Assembly (NCBI GenBank): GCA_051871795.1
Contig: JBJEDE010000033.1
Location: 16,354-80,353, forward strand
Length of the DNA stretch: 64,000 bases
Direction of reading: 5' to 3'
Source: Muribaculaceae bacterium
GTDB taxonomy: Bacteria; Bacteroidota; Bacteroidia; Bacteroidales; Muribaculaceae
Shown: in pieces, positions 48,262 through 57,598 of the stretch
Layout: every line of letters starts with the position of its first letter
How positions within the stretch are numbered: position 1 is the first letter of the stretch
Position numbers and translations under genes: made by a program
Notes under the pieces: generated by a model
What the model was told of the DNA's origin: nothing
Databases searched by the model: none
What the model saw: only the letters and a program-made list of their open reading frames with translations

Positions 48262-48316
48262 TAGGCTATTGTAGCTAAATTAGCTAATTTAGCTATCTTA
48301 GCTATTTTAGCTAATA
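48262..48316. repeat. 9-bp-period tandem repeat of the palindromic core TAGCTA (about 6 units)
   Basis: tagctaaat/tagctaatt/tagctatct/tagctattt/tagctaata, read directly, between convergent trxB and ftsK. A 2-unit version (tagctaaa x2) starts at the mscS-like stop codon, 37651-37666. Confidence 0.85.
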
Positions 48317-48344
48317 ATTATCGTATTTCCTTTTTTCGGCGGTG

Positions 48345-50975
48345 TCAGTTGCCGAGCATCTGGTCGAGCGTGATTTGGTCGACAAGGATGGTGCGTGGCT
48401 TGGAGCCGCATACGGGTCCGACAATGCCGGCGGCCTGCATCTGGTCCATGAGCTTGCCGGCGCGGTTGTAACCGATGCCGAACTGTCGCTGGAGCGACGA
48501 CGTGGAGCCTTGCTGGCGTGTGACCACAAAGCGTGCGGCTTCGTCGAAGAGCGGGTCGCGGTCGGTCGAAGCTCCGGCTATCGCTCCGCCTTCTCCGGCC
48601 TCAGGCACGTATTCGGGTAGCATATAGGCGTGTTCGTATCCCACCTGATTGTCGATGTATCCGGTGAGAGTTTCGACTTCCTCTGTCGAGATGAAGGCGC
48701 ACTGCACGCGCTCGAGCGACCCGTTGTGGCTAAAAAGCATATCGCCTCGGCCGATGAGGCGGTTGGCGCCCGTGCGGTCGAGGATGGTCTTTGAGTCGAC
48801 CATCTGGCTCACGCGGAATGCTATGCGGCCGGGGAAATTGGCTTTGATGATGCCGGTGATGACGTTGGTCGACGGGCGTTGTGTGGCGATAATCATGTGT
48901 ATGCCCACGGCGCGCGCTTTCTGTGCGATGCGTGCGATAGGCGTCTCCACTTCCTTGCCGGCGGTCATGATAAGGTCGGCGAACTCGTCGACAACCACAA
49001 CGATAAACGGCAGGTACTTGTGGCCGTCAGAGGGGTTGAGCCGTCGCTGTTTGAATTTGCGGTTGTATTCCTCTATCGATCTCACGCCGGCTTTGCGCAG
49101 TAGAGCGTAGCGGTCGTCCATTTCTACGCAGAGCGAGTTGAGCGTTTCAATCACTTTGGCCATATCTGTTATGATTGCGTCTTCCTCGCCGGGGAGCTTG
49201 GCCAGATAGTGGCGTTCGAGCTTGCTGTAAAGGCTGAATTCGACCATTTTGGGGTCGATAAGCACGAATTTCAGTTCCGAGGGGTGCTTCTTGTAGAGCA
49301 GCGAAGCGATAATGGCATTGAGACCGACCGACTTACCCATACCGGTGGCGCCGGCCACGAGCAGGTGGGGCATTTTGGCAAGATCGGCTATGAAGATATC
49401 GTTTGAGATGGTGGCGCCCATGGCCATTGGGAGAGCCATGTTGCAGTCGCGGAATTTTTTTGATGCTATGACCGAGCGCATCGACACGGTCTGCGGGTCA
49501 CGGTTTGGCACTTCGATGCCCACGGTGCCTTTGCCCGGAATGGGGGCTATAATGCGGATGCCCATGGCTGCGAGTGAGAGGGCGATGTCGTCTTCAAGCC
49601 GTTTGATCTGAGCGATGCGAACACCCTCGGCGGGCACTATCTCGTAGAGGGTGACGGTGGGACCTACTGTCGCCTCGATTTTGGAGATTGGTATCTTGTA
49701 TTCGAGCAGAGTCTTCACTATGCGCTCTTTATTCTCCTGCTGCTCGTCCATGTCGACGCTGACGCTCACGGGGCGGTCTTCGAGAAGCTCGACCGTGGGC
49801 ATCTGATAGCGCGAGAGGTCGGCGTGCGGGTCGTACTCCGCCGAAGCGGCGCCGGCGGCTGTACCGGCATCGGTGGCAATTTCGATTTCAGAGGTTGTGA
49901 CGGTGAAGTTTTCGCTTTGATTATCAGAGTTATCGGAGTTATCAGAGTTATCAGAGTTATCAGAGTTTTCCTGCTGCTCTGATGCCACATTATCGATTTC
50001 TGATTCGGAGTTCTGACGCATATCATCGGCGGCGGGGTCGAGCACGATGTTGAGCGTTTGCGGAGCCGTTTCGGCGCTGTCGGCCGAAACAGACTCGGCT
50101 TCGGACTCATCGTCGTGAGCGTCATCGGCCTGATTTTCGCTGTCCTGCAAGACTTCAAGCTCGCGGCGGCGTTCTTCTTCGAGCTGTTGTTGCAGGCGGC
50201 GTCGCTCGCGTATTTCGGCATACTTCGCGTAGATGCTTTTTAGGTCAGAAAGATAGACACAGATGACTGCGAGCACGAGCAAAGCCGACACGATGATGGC
50301 GCCGAGAACGGTAGTGTACTGTATCAGCAGCTCGTTGATGTAGTGTCCGTGTTCACCGCCGTAGTAGAAGAACGACGGCGTGTCGTAGGTCACGAGGCCT
50401 GCCACGACCGAAACGGTAATCATGACCAGCAGGCACTTGAAAGTGGCCGACCAGAACGATACCTTCCTGAACCGGAGCTGTCCCAGTGCCAGCGCGATAA
50501 AATAAACGACGAGAACCAGCGCGCCCACACCGAAGCCCTGCGACATGAGCACACGCGAGAGCCATAGACCCAGAGCGCCGGCGGCGTTTTTCACACTGTT
50601 GGAGTTTTTAGCCATCTCGGGCAGAGATTTGTTGAGAGCTTCGCTTTGGTCAGCCTCGCCCGAGTGCAGATAGCTTACCAATCCCACCACCACAAGGATA
50701 GATAGGGCAATGAGCAAGCCGCCGCAGAAGAGCCGGAAGCCGTCGGAATTGAGAAAAGCGAAGAGTGAATTATGTTGCTTTGGTGCAGATTGCTTTTCGG
50801 GTTCCTGAGCCGGCTGCTCGCGACGCGGCCGGTCGGTTGCGGGGCGTTTTTTACGTCGCTCGGGCGATGAGGCGCGCTCGGCAGGACGAGAGGGTGCAGT
50901 ACGGGTGTCCGGCGCCGAGAGGTCGTCGGGGTCGTAACCGTCTATTTGAAAATCGAGGTCTTCGGATTGTGCCAT
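48345..50975 (-). CDS. ftsK: DNA translocase FtsK
   Basis: N-terminal TM helices, acidic linker, 'LLVAGATGMGKSVGLN' Walker A and a gamma-domain-like C-terminus. Start trimmed to MAQSEDL. Confidence 0.93.
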   Translation of the reverse strand: MAQSEDLDFQIDGYDPDDLSAPDTRTAPSRPAERASSPERRKKRPATDRPRREQPAQEPEKQSAPKQHNSLFAFLNSDGFRLFCGGLLIALSILVVVGLVSYLHSGEADQSEALNKSLPEMAKNSNSVKNAAGALGLWLSRVLMSQGFGVGALVLVVYFIALALGQLRFRKVSFWSATFKCLLVMITVSVVAGLVTYDTPSFFYYGGEHGHYINELLIQYTTVLGAIIVSALLVLAVICVYLSDLKSIYAKYAEIRERRRLQQQLEEERRRELEVLQDSENQADDAHDDESEAESVSADSAETAPQTLNIVLDPAADDMRQNSESEIDNVASEQQENSDNSDNSDNSDNSDNQSENFTVTTSEIEIATDAGTAAGAASAEYDPHADLSRYQMPTVELLEDRPVSVSVDMDEQQENKERIVKTLLEYKIPISKIEATVGPTVTLYEIVPAEGVRIAQIKRLEDDIALSLAAMGIRIIAPIPGKGTVGIEVPNRDPQTVSMRSVIASKKFRDCNMALPMAMGATISNDIFIADLAKMPHLLVAGATGMGKSVGLNAIIASLLYKKHPSELKFVLIDPKMVEFSLYSKLERHYLAKLPGEEDAIITDMAKVIETLNSLCVEMDDRYALLRKAGVRSIEEYNRKFKQRRLNPSDGHKYLPFIVVVVDEFADLIMTAGKEVETPIARIAQKARAVGIHMIIATQRPSTNVITGIIKANFPGRIAFRVSQMVDSKTILDRTGANRLIGRGDMLFSHNGSLERVQCAFISTEEVETLTGYIDNQVGYEHAYMLPEYVPEAGEGGAIAGASTDRDPLFDEAARFVVTRQQGSTSSLQRQFGIGYNRAGKLMDQMQAAGIVGPVCGSKPRTILVDQITLDQMLGN
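49918..49971 (-). repeat. In-frame 9-bp tandem repeat inside the ftsK linker, encoding (DNS)n
   Basis: agttatcag about 6 times on the plus strand, giving 'ENSDNSDNSDNSDNSDNQ' in the protein. Confidence 0.85.
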
Positions 50976-51048
50976 GTGTGTGTCAGACAGTGTGAAATGT
51001 AAGGGATGAAAAGATAAATCGGACTGATGGGATAATAATAGCCGCAGA

Positions 51049-51693
51049 TTATAAATCGGCAAGTCGCGATATCACGCTTTCGGGGTCGGGAGCCGCGAAA
51101 ACGGCGTTGCCGGCCACCAGAGCGTCGGCTCCTGCTTCGGCCAGCAGGGGAGCCGTGTCGAGATTGACGCCGCCGTCTACCTCTATCAGCGTTTTTGCTC
51201 CCGAGCCGTCGATGAGAGCGCGCAGACGTCGCACTTTGTCGAGTGTGTGGCTGATGAATCGCTGACCGCCGAATCCGGGGTTGACGCTCATGAGTAGCAC
51301 CATGTCGAGTTCGCCGATGATGTCGCGCAGAAGTTCGACCGGTGTTGCGGGATTGAGTGTCACTGCCGGACGCATGCCGGCGTCGCGGATTGCGGTGACC
51401 GTGCGATGCAGATGAGTGCAGGCCTCGAGGTGAACGTTCATGATTTCGGCTCCGCAGTCGCGCACTTGTTGGATGAATTTTTGCGGTTCTACAATCATCA
51501 GGTGCACGTCGAGAGGCTTGCGTGCCTTGCGAGCGATGGCTTTGATTACGGGGAAGCCGAATGAGATGTTGGGGACAAAGACGCCGTCCATCACGTCGAT
51601 GTGGAACCATTGGGCGCGGCTTCGGTTCACCATCTCGACATCGCGGTCAAGGCAGCCGAAGTCAGCCGAAAGCAGTGAGGGAGCAACAATCAT
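51049..51693 (-). CDS. rpe: Ribulose-phosphate 3-epimerase
   Basis: 'IVAPSLLSADFG', 'HIDVMDG' and 'VNPGFGGQ'. Start trimmed to MIVAPS. Confidence 0.93.
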   Translation of the reverse strand: MIVAPSLLSADFGCLDRDVEMVNRSRAQWFHIDVMDGVFVPNISFGFPVIKAIARKARKPLDVHLMIVEPQKFIQQVRDCGAEIMNVHLEACTHLHRTVTAIRDAGMRPAVTLNPATPVELLRDIIGELDMVLLMSVNPGFGGQRFISHTLDKVRRLRALIDGSGAKTLIEVDGGVNLDTAPLLAEAGADALVAGNAVFAAPDPESVISRLADL

Positions 51694-51724
51694 GATATAT
51701 AATATAATGTGTGTCGGTTCGGGA

Positions 51725-52417
51725 TTAAATATTTTCGGATGTTCCGGTGTCGGCATTGTGTTTGCGGCCGAATGCATTGTAGAGGATAACGGCCACGCAC
51801 ACGAGCAAGAGCGCCACCCCGGCGTAAGAGAGGTAGGAGTTGTATTGCTCGACTTTCTCGATGAGCCGGTCGAGCGGGACCTGATGTCCGAGCCACCAGC
51901 CGAGCAGGGCGAGTATGGCGTTCCACACTCCGGCGCCGAGCGCTGTGAAGATGCAGAAGGTGCCGATATTCATGCGCGCGAGTCCGGCTGGAATACTGAT
52001 GAGCTGACGCACTGCGGGGATGAGGCGGCCGATAAAAGTCGATACCGCTCCGTAGCGGTCGAAGTATCTTTCGGCCTTGTCGACTTTGGCGCGGTCGATG
52101 AGACAGGCATGCCCCAGACGCGAATCGGCGAAGGCGTAGACCACCGGGCGGCCAATCCACAGCGCCAGACCGTAATTTATGAGAGCGCCCACAAGAGCGC
52201 CGGCTGTGGCTACGAGTACAATCATAAATACGTTCATGTCGCCTTTGGCTACGGCCAGATAGGCGGCAGGCGGTATCACCAGCTCCGACGGAAACGGGAT
52301 GAACGAGCTCTCAATAATCATAAAGAGGAACACAAACCAGTAGTTGGCGTTCTCCACAAACCAGTTGAAAAAGGAGTTGGCATCAAAAATAGCCAGAAGT
52401 ACGGTCAGGTCGGTCAT
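51725..52417 (-). CDS. DedA-family membrane protein
   Basis: 'IIESSFIPFPSELVIPPAAYLA' and 'GRLIPAVRQLISIPAG'. Confidence 0.85.
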   Translation of the reverse strand: MTDLTVLLAIFDANSFFNWFVENANYWFVFLFMIIESSFIPFPSELVIPPAAYLAVAKGDMNVFMIVLVATAGALVGALINYGLALWIGRPVVYAFADSRLGHACLIDRAKVDKAERYFDRYGAVSTFIGRLIPAVRQLISIPAGLARMNIGTFCIFTALGAGVWNAILALLGWWLGHQVPLDRLIEKVEQYNSYLSYAGVALLLVCVAVILYNAFGRKHNADTGTSENI

Positions 52418-53025
52418 TCGGCTTTAAGTTCTTGAAGTCGTGCGATATATTTGCCTATGATGTCGAACTCGAGATTTACGCGCGAGCCAACGCGGATGGC
52501 CGAGAAGTTGGTGTGCTCGAAGGTGTAGGGGATGATGGCCACTCGGAAGCTGCGGGCCGTAGAGTCGCACACGGTGAGACTTACGCCGTTGACCGTCACC
52601 GAGCCTTTCTCCACTGTCATATAGCCTTTTGCCACCAGCTCGGGAGTGACGTCGTACTCAAACTTGAAGTAAGTGCTTCCCTCCACTTCCTGTATCTCGG
52701 TGCACACGGCGGTGCAGTCGACATGGCCCTGCACGATGTGTCCGTCGAGACGTCCGTTCATGAGCATCGAGCGCTCGAGGTTGACGAGCGAGCCGGGCTT
52801 GAGGTCGCCGAGGTTAGAACGGTCGAGTGTCTCCTGAATGGCGGTGACGGTGTAGGTGCCGTCGGGGAAAATGGCAGTGACGGTGAGGCACACGCCGTTG
52901 TGTGCCACCGATTGGTCGATTTTGAGTTCGGAAGCGAACGTGCAGGCCAGGCGCAGGTTCACATTGCCTCCTGCACGCTCCACAGCCGCCACACGGGCGG
53001 CCTCTTCAACTATACCTGAAAACAT
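52414..53025 (-). CDS. ribE: Riboflavin synthase
   Basis: 'MFSGIVEE', 'GVCLTV' and 'GVSLTV' duplicated barrels. Confidence 0.93.
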   Translation of the reverse strand: MFSGIVEEAARVAAVERAGGNVNLRLACTFASELKIDQSVAHNGVCLTVTAIFPDGTYTVTAIQETLDRSNLGDLKPGSLVNLERSMLMNGRLDGHIVQGHVDCTAVCTEIQEVEGSTYFKFEYDVTPELVAKGYMTVEKGSVTVNGVSLTVCDSTARSFRVAIIPYTFEHTNFSAIRVGSRVNLEFDIIGKYIARLQELKAE

Positions 53026-53057
53026 AAATGCTTATAAATTAATACCTGTTGGAATGA

Positions 53058-55412
53058 TTACTTTTTCAAAACTATTTCAGCCTCGGTGCCGGGCACGTAA
53101 GTGAACGAGAACGTGTCGGGTGCCAACATTCTGACTGCGCTGCTCAGACCGGCTTTGGGGAATGTGCCGGCGCCGAGTACGCGGAATGTAAGGGCGATTT
53201 TTGAGGGAGCGCCGGGGTATGTGCCATTTGAGCTGACTGTGATTTTTACGTTGCCGTCGGTGTCGATAGAACCTTTGAAGGTGATGAGGCGATATTCGCC
53301 TTTTTTCAGGGCATCGGGCGATGTACGGTCATCGTCGTAGAGTGTGTAGGTTGATTCCACGCCTTCTGCGGGGTAAAAGTTGACCGTGAAGCGGTCGGGG
53401 CGGTAGTCGCGGGTCGAATTCATTTTATATTCGGCCATCGGGATGAATGAGCCGGCTTTGACAAAGAGCGGAAGCATGCTCAGAGGGGCAGGATATACGA
53501 CAGTCGAACCTCCGGCGTATTTCTGCGCGGGGTTGGCGAAGTCGACCCATGTGCCTTCGGGGAAAGTGACGGTGCGCTCCACGGCTCCTTTTTCCATCAC
53601 CGGAGCCACGAGCACTTCCGAGCCCCAGAGATACTCGTCGGGGATGCTGTCGTAGCGCGAGCTGCTGCCCGGCTCGCAGAAGTTGAGCGGACGCACCAGA
53701 GGCCAGCCTTTTGTGGCGTTCTCGTAGGCGAGTGTGTAGTTGTAGGGAAGCCAGCGGTAGCGGTCGAGGATGAGTTTTTTGATTATCGGCTGATATTCGG
53801 GATAGTGATAAGGCTCGGCTTTGAACTGAGCGTGGGTGCGGAGCATGGGTGAGAATGTGCCAAGCTGCAGCCAGCGCACATAGAGTTCGGCGTCTTCGGG
53901 ATTGGCGGGGTCGACGGCAAAGCCGCCCACGTCATGTCCCATATATCCCAGTCCGGAGAGACCCGAGTTGAGCATTATCGTGACCTGAGGCTGAAGGCCG
54001 CCCCACGAGCGTGAGACGTCGGTGCTCCATGGGAAGACGCTGTAGCGTTGTAGTCCGATGGTGCCTCCGCGCATCATGGTTATCAGACGGCGGTCGGGAT
54101 ATTCTTTTGCGAAGAGGTCGCTGATGATTTTGCTCCAGTCGTTGCCGTAGATATTGTGATACTGACGTGCGGTGAGGCCGTTGGCGTGTAGTCCGGTTTC
54201 GGGATGCACTTCGGGCTCGCCCAGGTCGCCCCACCAGCCGCCTATGCCCATGTCGGTGAGGAGTTTGTAGCGGTCGGAAAGCCAGCGGCGTGTGTCAGGA
54301 TTCGACACGTCGAACATGCCGCCTTCGCCTACCCATATCTTGACTTCCTGCGGAGCTTTGCCTGTCGAGTCGGCCACGAACATTCCTTTGGGAGCCAGCT
54401 CGTTGTAGTTGTCAATGGCACGGCCGTTGCGCAGCACGTAAGGCTGAGAGATGGCCACGAGATTTACGCCTTTTTTCTTCAGCCGGGCAAGCATTTTTTC
54501 GGGGTCGGGCCATTGCGAGGGCTCCCATTCGAGACGGCCCATGTCTTGCTCCTTGCCGTACCAGTAGAGGTCGAGCACGATGCCGTCGAGCGGGTATCCG
54601 GCCCGCTTGAGTGTGTCGACCACGCCGAGAGTTTCGCGTTGGTCGTGGTAGCCGTATTTAGACGTGATGTAGCCCAGAGTCCACAGCGGAGGCAGAGGCT
54701 GGCGTCCGGTGAGCGACGAGAGACGCTCGGTGACGTCGGCAAGAGTGGAGGCGCCGTTGATGAAGTAGTAGCTCAGGGGACGCGGATTCTCGGTCACGTA
54801 TTCGATTTTGGAATCTTTACCGAGGTAGAGCGTTGCGGCCGCGAAGTCGTCGAAGAGCAATGCGAAGCCGTCGGTAGAGAGGAAGAGGGGCATCGTGATG
54901 TTCATCTGTGAGATGCGGGGGTCGGTCTTGGTGTAGCCGTAGTTCTGACGGTTGTACATCACCAGTGTGTCGCCGCGCAGGTTGAGTTTGTGGCCGCGCT
55001 CGCCGGCGCCGTAATAAGAACCGCGCGAGGTGGTTGATAGCGTGAGCGCCTGCTTGCCGTCTGCGATGGCGCGAGTGCCCGGGTCTGTCACCACTTTGCC
55101 TGCTCCGGCGTTGATTGTGACTTCGCCGTTGGCAGGATTGAGTGTTGCAGTTACTCCGGCAGATGTGATGAGCAGGTCGAGATCGCCGGCGACAGTAATG
55201 CGTGCGTCGGCGTCGGTGTCGGCTTCAAGAGCGGTGACAGTGGGCAGCTGACGCGCTCCGGCGGCTGCATTGGTCACTTTGATGATATTGTCGGTCACTG
55301 CCTCGACGGTCACGGTGCGTCCGTCGGAGAGCGTTTTTTGCAGACGGGGCGTTTCGGCATTGGCGCAGAAAGCTCCGAGTGCGAGGGTGGCTGCTGCAAG
55401 AATATATTTCAT
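53058..55412 (-). CDS. Glycoside hydrolase family 31 (alpha-glucosidase/xylosidase-like), secreted
   Basis: 'GIGGWWGDLGEPE' nucleophile region, 'RYSVFPWSTDVSRSW' and 'GHDVGGF'. Signal peptide. Confidence 0.8.
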   Translation of the reverse strand: MKYILAAATLALGAFCANAETPRLQKTLSDGRTVTVEAVTDNIIKVTNAAAGARQLPTVTALEADTDADARITVAGDLDLLITSAGVTATLNPANGEVTINAGAGKVVTDPGTRAIADGKQALTLSTTSRGSYYGAGERGHKLNLRGDTLVMYNRQNYGYTKTDPRISQMNITMPLFLSTDGFALLFDDFAAATLYLGKDSKIEYVTENPRPLSYYFINGASTLADVTERLSSLTGRQPLPPLWTLGYITSKYGYHDQRETLGVVDTLKRAGYPLDGIVLDLYWYGKEQDMGRLEWEPSQWPDPEKMLARLKKKGVNLVAISQPYVLRNGRAIDNYNELAPKGMFVADSTGKAPQEVKIWVGEGGMFDVSNPDTRRWLSDRYKLLTDMGIGGWWGDLGEPEVHPETGLHANGLTARQYHNIYGNDWSKIISDLFAKEYPDRRLITMMRGGTIGLQRYSVFPWSTDVSRSWGGLQPQVTIMLNSGLSGLGYMGHDVGGFAVDPANPEDAELYVRWLQLGTFSPMLRTHAQFKAEPYHYPEYQPIIKKLILDRYRWLPYNYTLAYENATKGWPLVRPLNFCEPGSSSRYDSIPDEYLWGSEVLVAPVMEKGAVERTVTFPEGTWVDFANPAQKYAGGSTVVYPAPLSMLPLFVKAGSFIPMAEYKMNSTRDYRPDRFTVNFYPAEGVESTYTLYDDDRTSPDALKKGEYRLITFKGSIDTDGNVKITVSSNGTYPGAPSKIALTFRVLGAGTFPKAGLSSAVRMLAPDTFSFTYVPGTEAEIVLKK

Positions 55413-55486
55413 GAATATCGGATATTGAATTTTGAATTTTGAATTGTCGGAGAGATTATGTAGAATGTCGGATGTTGAATGTTGAA

Positions 55487-57235
55487 TCAGGGGTCAACGA
55501 CGTTGAGGTAGCTCTGGACGCTGATTTTGTGGTCGTTGTCGGGGTTGTAGGTGCTTAGACCTGATTTCAGACGCGGTTTTTTGTGTTTGCCGAGGTTGAT
55601 GTGGTTTACGATGTTGGCAAACGAGCGTGAGTCGGCAAGTTTCGGTCCCCAGACATCGATGATGCGGCTGCGGTTTATTGTGTTGAGGTCTTCATAGAGT
55701 CCGCGCAGGTCGGGGAAGCGGTCGAGGGAGTCTTTGTCCCATATTTTGTTGGCGTCGAGATATTCGACGGCTCTCTGCAATCCGGCTGATTTGGCGGCCG
55801 GAGCCGGTGCGGAAACGGGTGCGGGAGCGGCGACGTCGGCAGTTGATTTTGCCGGTGTGCCGGGTTCGGCGGGTCGGTCGGTGGAGGAGGATACGGCGGC
55901 GATGGTGTCGTTATCGGTGGTTTCGGCGCTGTCCGAGCCGGAGCATGTGCATAGGAATGCCAGCAGAGCGCCGATTATGGCGCCGGCGATGCCCCAGACA
56001 ATGTTAATCATCAGGCTCTTGCGCTGGTTGCCGCCGTCGTATACGAGGTGGTTGCTGCGCGAGGGTCCTTCCTGGATGTCGTCGGCCGGCTCGTAGCCGT
56101 CGATGGGGCTGTCGGTAAGTTCGCCCGAGGTGTGGATAGTGAAATGAATCATTCCGGCTATGTCGCTCGACTTGGCCGATATCTCGAAATTGTATACTTT
56201 GCCGCGTTCGCGAAGTTGAATGATAGTCTGCGACGACTGAGCGAGATTGGTGCGTGCCTGATAGGTCTCGTATCCGTCGCAAATGACAGTGAGCTCGGCG
56301 TTGACAAGTTCGGCGTGAGTGAAGTAGCAGCCGTCGGTGATGTCGATGCCGTTGACAAAAATCTGGCATTGCGACGATATGTTGCGGCGTGTCGAGAGCG
56401 ATGTCACGGCAAACGATTTGGGTGTGATGCGCTTCTTTGACTCGCCGGCCGAGGCACATTCGGGTCTGATGCCGATGCTATCGACGGTGACCTGCTGCAC
56501 CATATCCTGAAATCCGGGACGTTTCCACACTATGTCGACCTGCTCGTGCATGGGCACATACATGGTGCGGTCGAAGTGCCGGCCGAACAGGTAAGGCTTG
56601 AAGCCGTCGGGATGCTCTTCGGGCGGGAGCATCTCCACCATCTGCTGCAGCGGGATGTCGGTAAGGTCGGTGCCGGTGCAGTTGATGCCCAGCGAAGCGT
56701 CGACAAGAAGCACGCCGGCAAACGGAAGGTAAGCCGACTGATATAGGTAGACTCCGAGCAGGTCGATGAGCTCGCGGTCGGTGTCGCCTCCGTAGTATCT
56801 GAAAGCGTAATCGTCGCCATGGTTGCTCACGATGCCCGGCGCGTCAGGTGCGGAAGGGTATTCGGTAGAGAATACCGCACGCATTTCGGCCAAGTCGTCG
56901 GCCGAAATGGAAGAACCGGAAATCTTGACTGTCACGAAACGGACCACTTCGAGCAGTTGCTCGGCCTCGATGCGGAGGTCGGCGGGCACGAAGATCCATG
57001 CAGCCACGTGGTCGGCCTTGTGACCTATAATGGTGGAAATCACGCCGATAAGTGTTCCGGTCTCGATGTAGCGCACATAGTAGAATGTGTTTTTCTCCTC
57101 TAAGTCGTAGTCCGGAATCTGCAATGCGCGGCGCACGTCGGCTATGCTGCGCCTGATGTCTTCATCGGGGTTGAGATTGAAGATGTTTTTGTAGTCAGCG
57201 CCCGATCGGTTTATGTATAATTGGAGCTTATTCAT
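55487..57235 (-). CDS. Orphan 582-aa single-pass membrane protein (large N-terminal region, TM, Ala/Pro-rich linker, ~100-aa C-domain)
   Basis: Good ATG and promoter box. No signal peptide. TM 'LMINIVWGIAGAIIGALLAFLC', then 'PAEPGTPAKSTADVAAPAPVSAPAPAAK'. I recognise no family. Confidence 0.65.
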   Translation of the reverse strand: MNKLQLYINRSGADYKNIFNLNPDEDIRRSIADVRRALQIPDYDLEEKNTFYYVRYIETGTLIGVISTIIGHKADHVAAWIFVPADLRIEAEQLLEVVRFVTVKISGSSISADDLAEMRAVFSTEYPSAPDAPGIVSNHGDDYAFRYYGGDTDRELIDLLGVYLYQSAYLPFAGVLLVDASLGINCTGTDLTDIPLQQMVEMLPPEEHPDGFKPYLFGRHFDRTMYVPMHEQVDIVWKRPGFQDMVQQVTVDSIGIRPECASAGESKKRITPKSFAVTSLSTRRNISSQCQIFVNGIDITDGCYFTHAELVNAELTVICDGYETYQARTNLAQSSQTIIQLRERGKVYNFEISAKSSDIAGMIHFTIHTSGELTDSPIDGYEPADDIQEGPSRSNHLVYDGGNQRKSLMINIVWGIAGAIIGALLAFLCTCSGSDSAETTDNDTIAAVSSSTDRPAEPGTPAKSTADVAAPAPVSAPAPAAKSAGLQRAVEYLDANKIWDKDSLDRFPDLRGLYEDLNTINRSRIIDVWGPKLADSRSFANIVNHINLGKHKKPRLKSGLSTYNPDNDHKISVQSYLNVVDP

Positions 57236-57255
57236 CGTTTGCAGTTTTTATCCTA

Positions 57256-57263
57256 CAAATTTA
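57256..57263 (-). promoter_or_regulatory. -7 promoter box (TAAATTTG)
   Basis: TAnnTTTG, 21 nt upstream of the ATG at 57235. Confidence 0.5.
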
Positions 57264-57516
57264 CGCCAAATCATTGACATTTCATGCTTTTTTGCGAAAA
57301 AAGTTGTTTCGGACATCAACCTTTCTCAATCCGGGGGCGTTATAATTGCGAAATAAGAAAAAGATCAGAGTAATATTTCACCCTGCAGATTGACATAAAG
57401 GACGCGCAGGCGGTAGAAACCGCACATGATGCACCCGACACACTATGAAAAGCACACGTCATGCGTATGAAATCGACGCAGCTCCGTCCAAAGCAATGAA
57501 ACCTTGGTTTCAGCAC

Positions 57517-57558
57517 AAAAACAGCCGTTTATCCCCTCAGAGGTAAACGGCTGTTTTT
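57517..57558. terminator. Strong rho-independent terminator downstream of the KilA-N gene
   Basis: aaaa-ACAGCCGTTTA-tcccctcagagg-TAAACGGCTGT-tttt. Confidence 0.8.
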
Positions 57559-57598
57559 GAAGGCTTCCGGCCATATAAGTATGACTATCTATACACAA

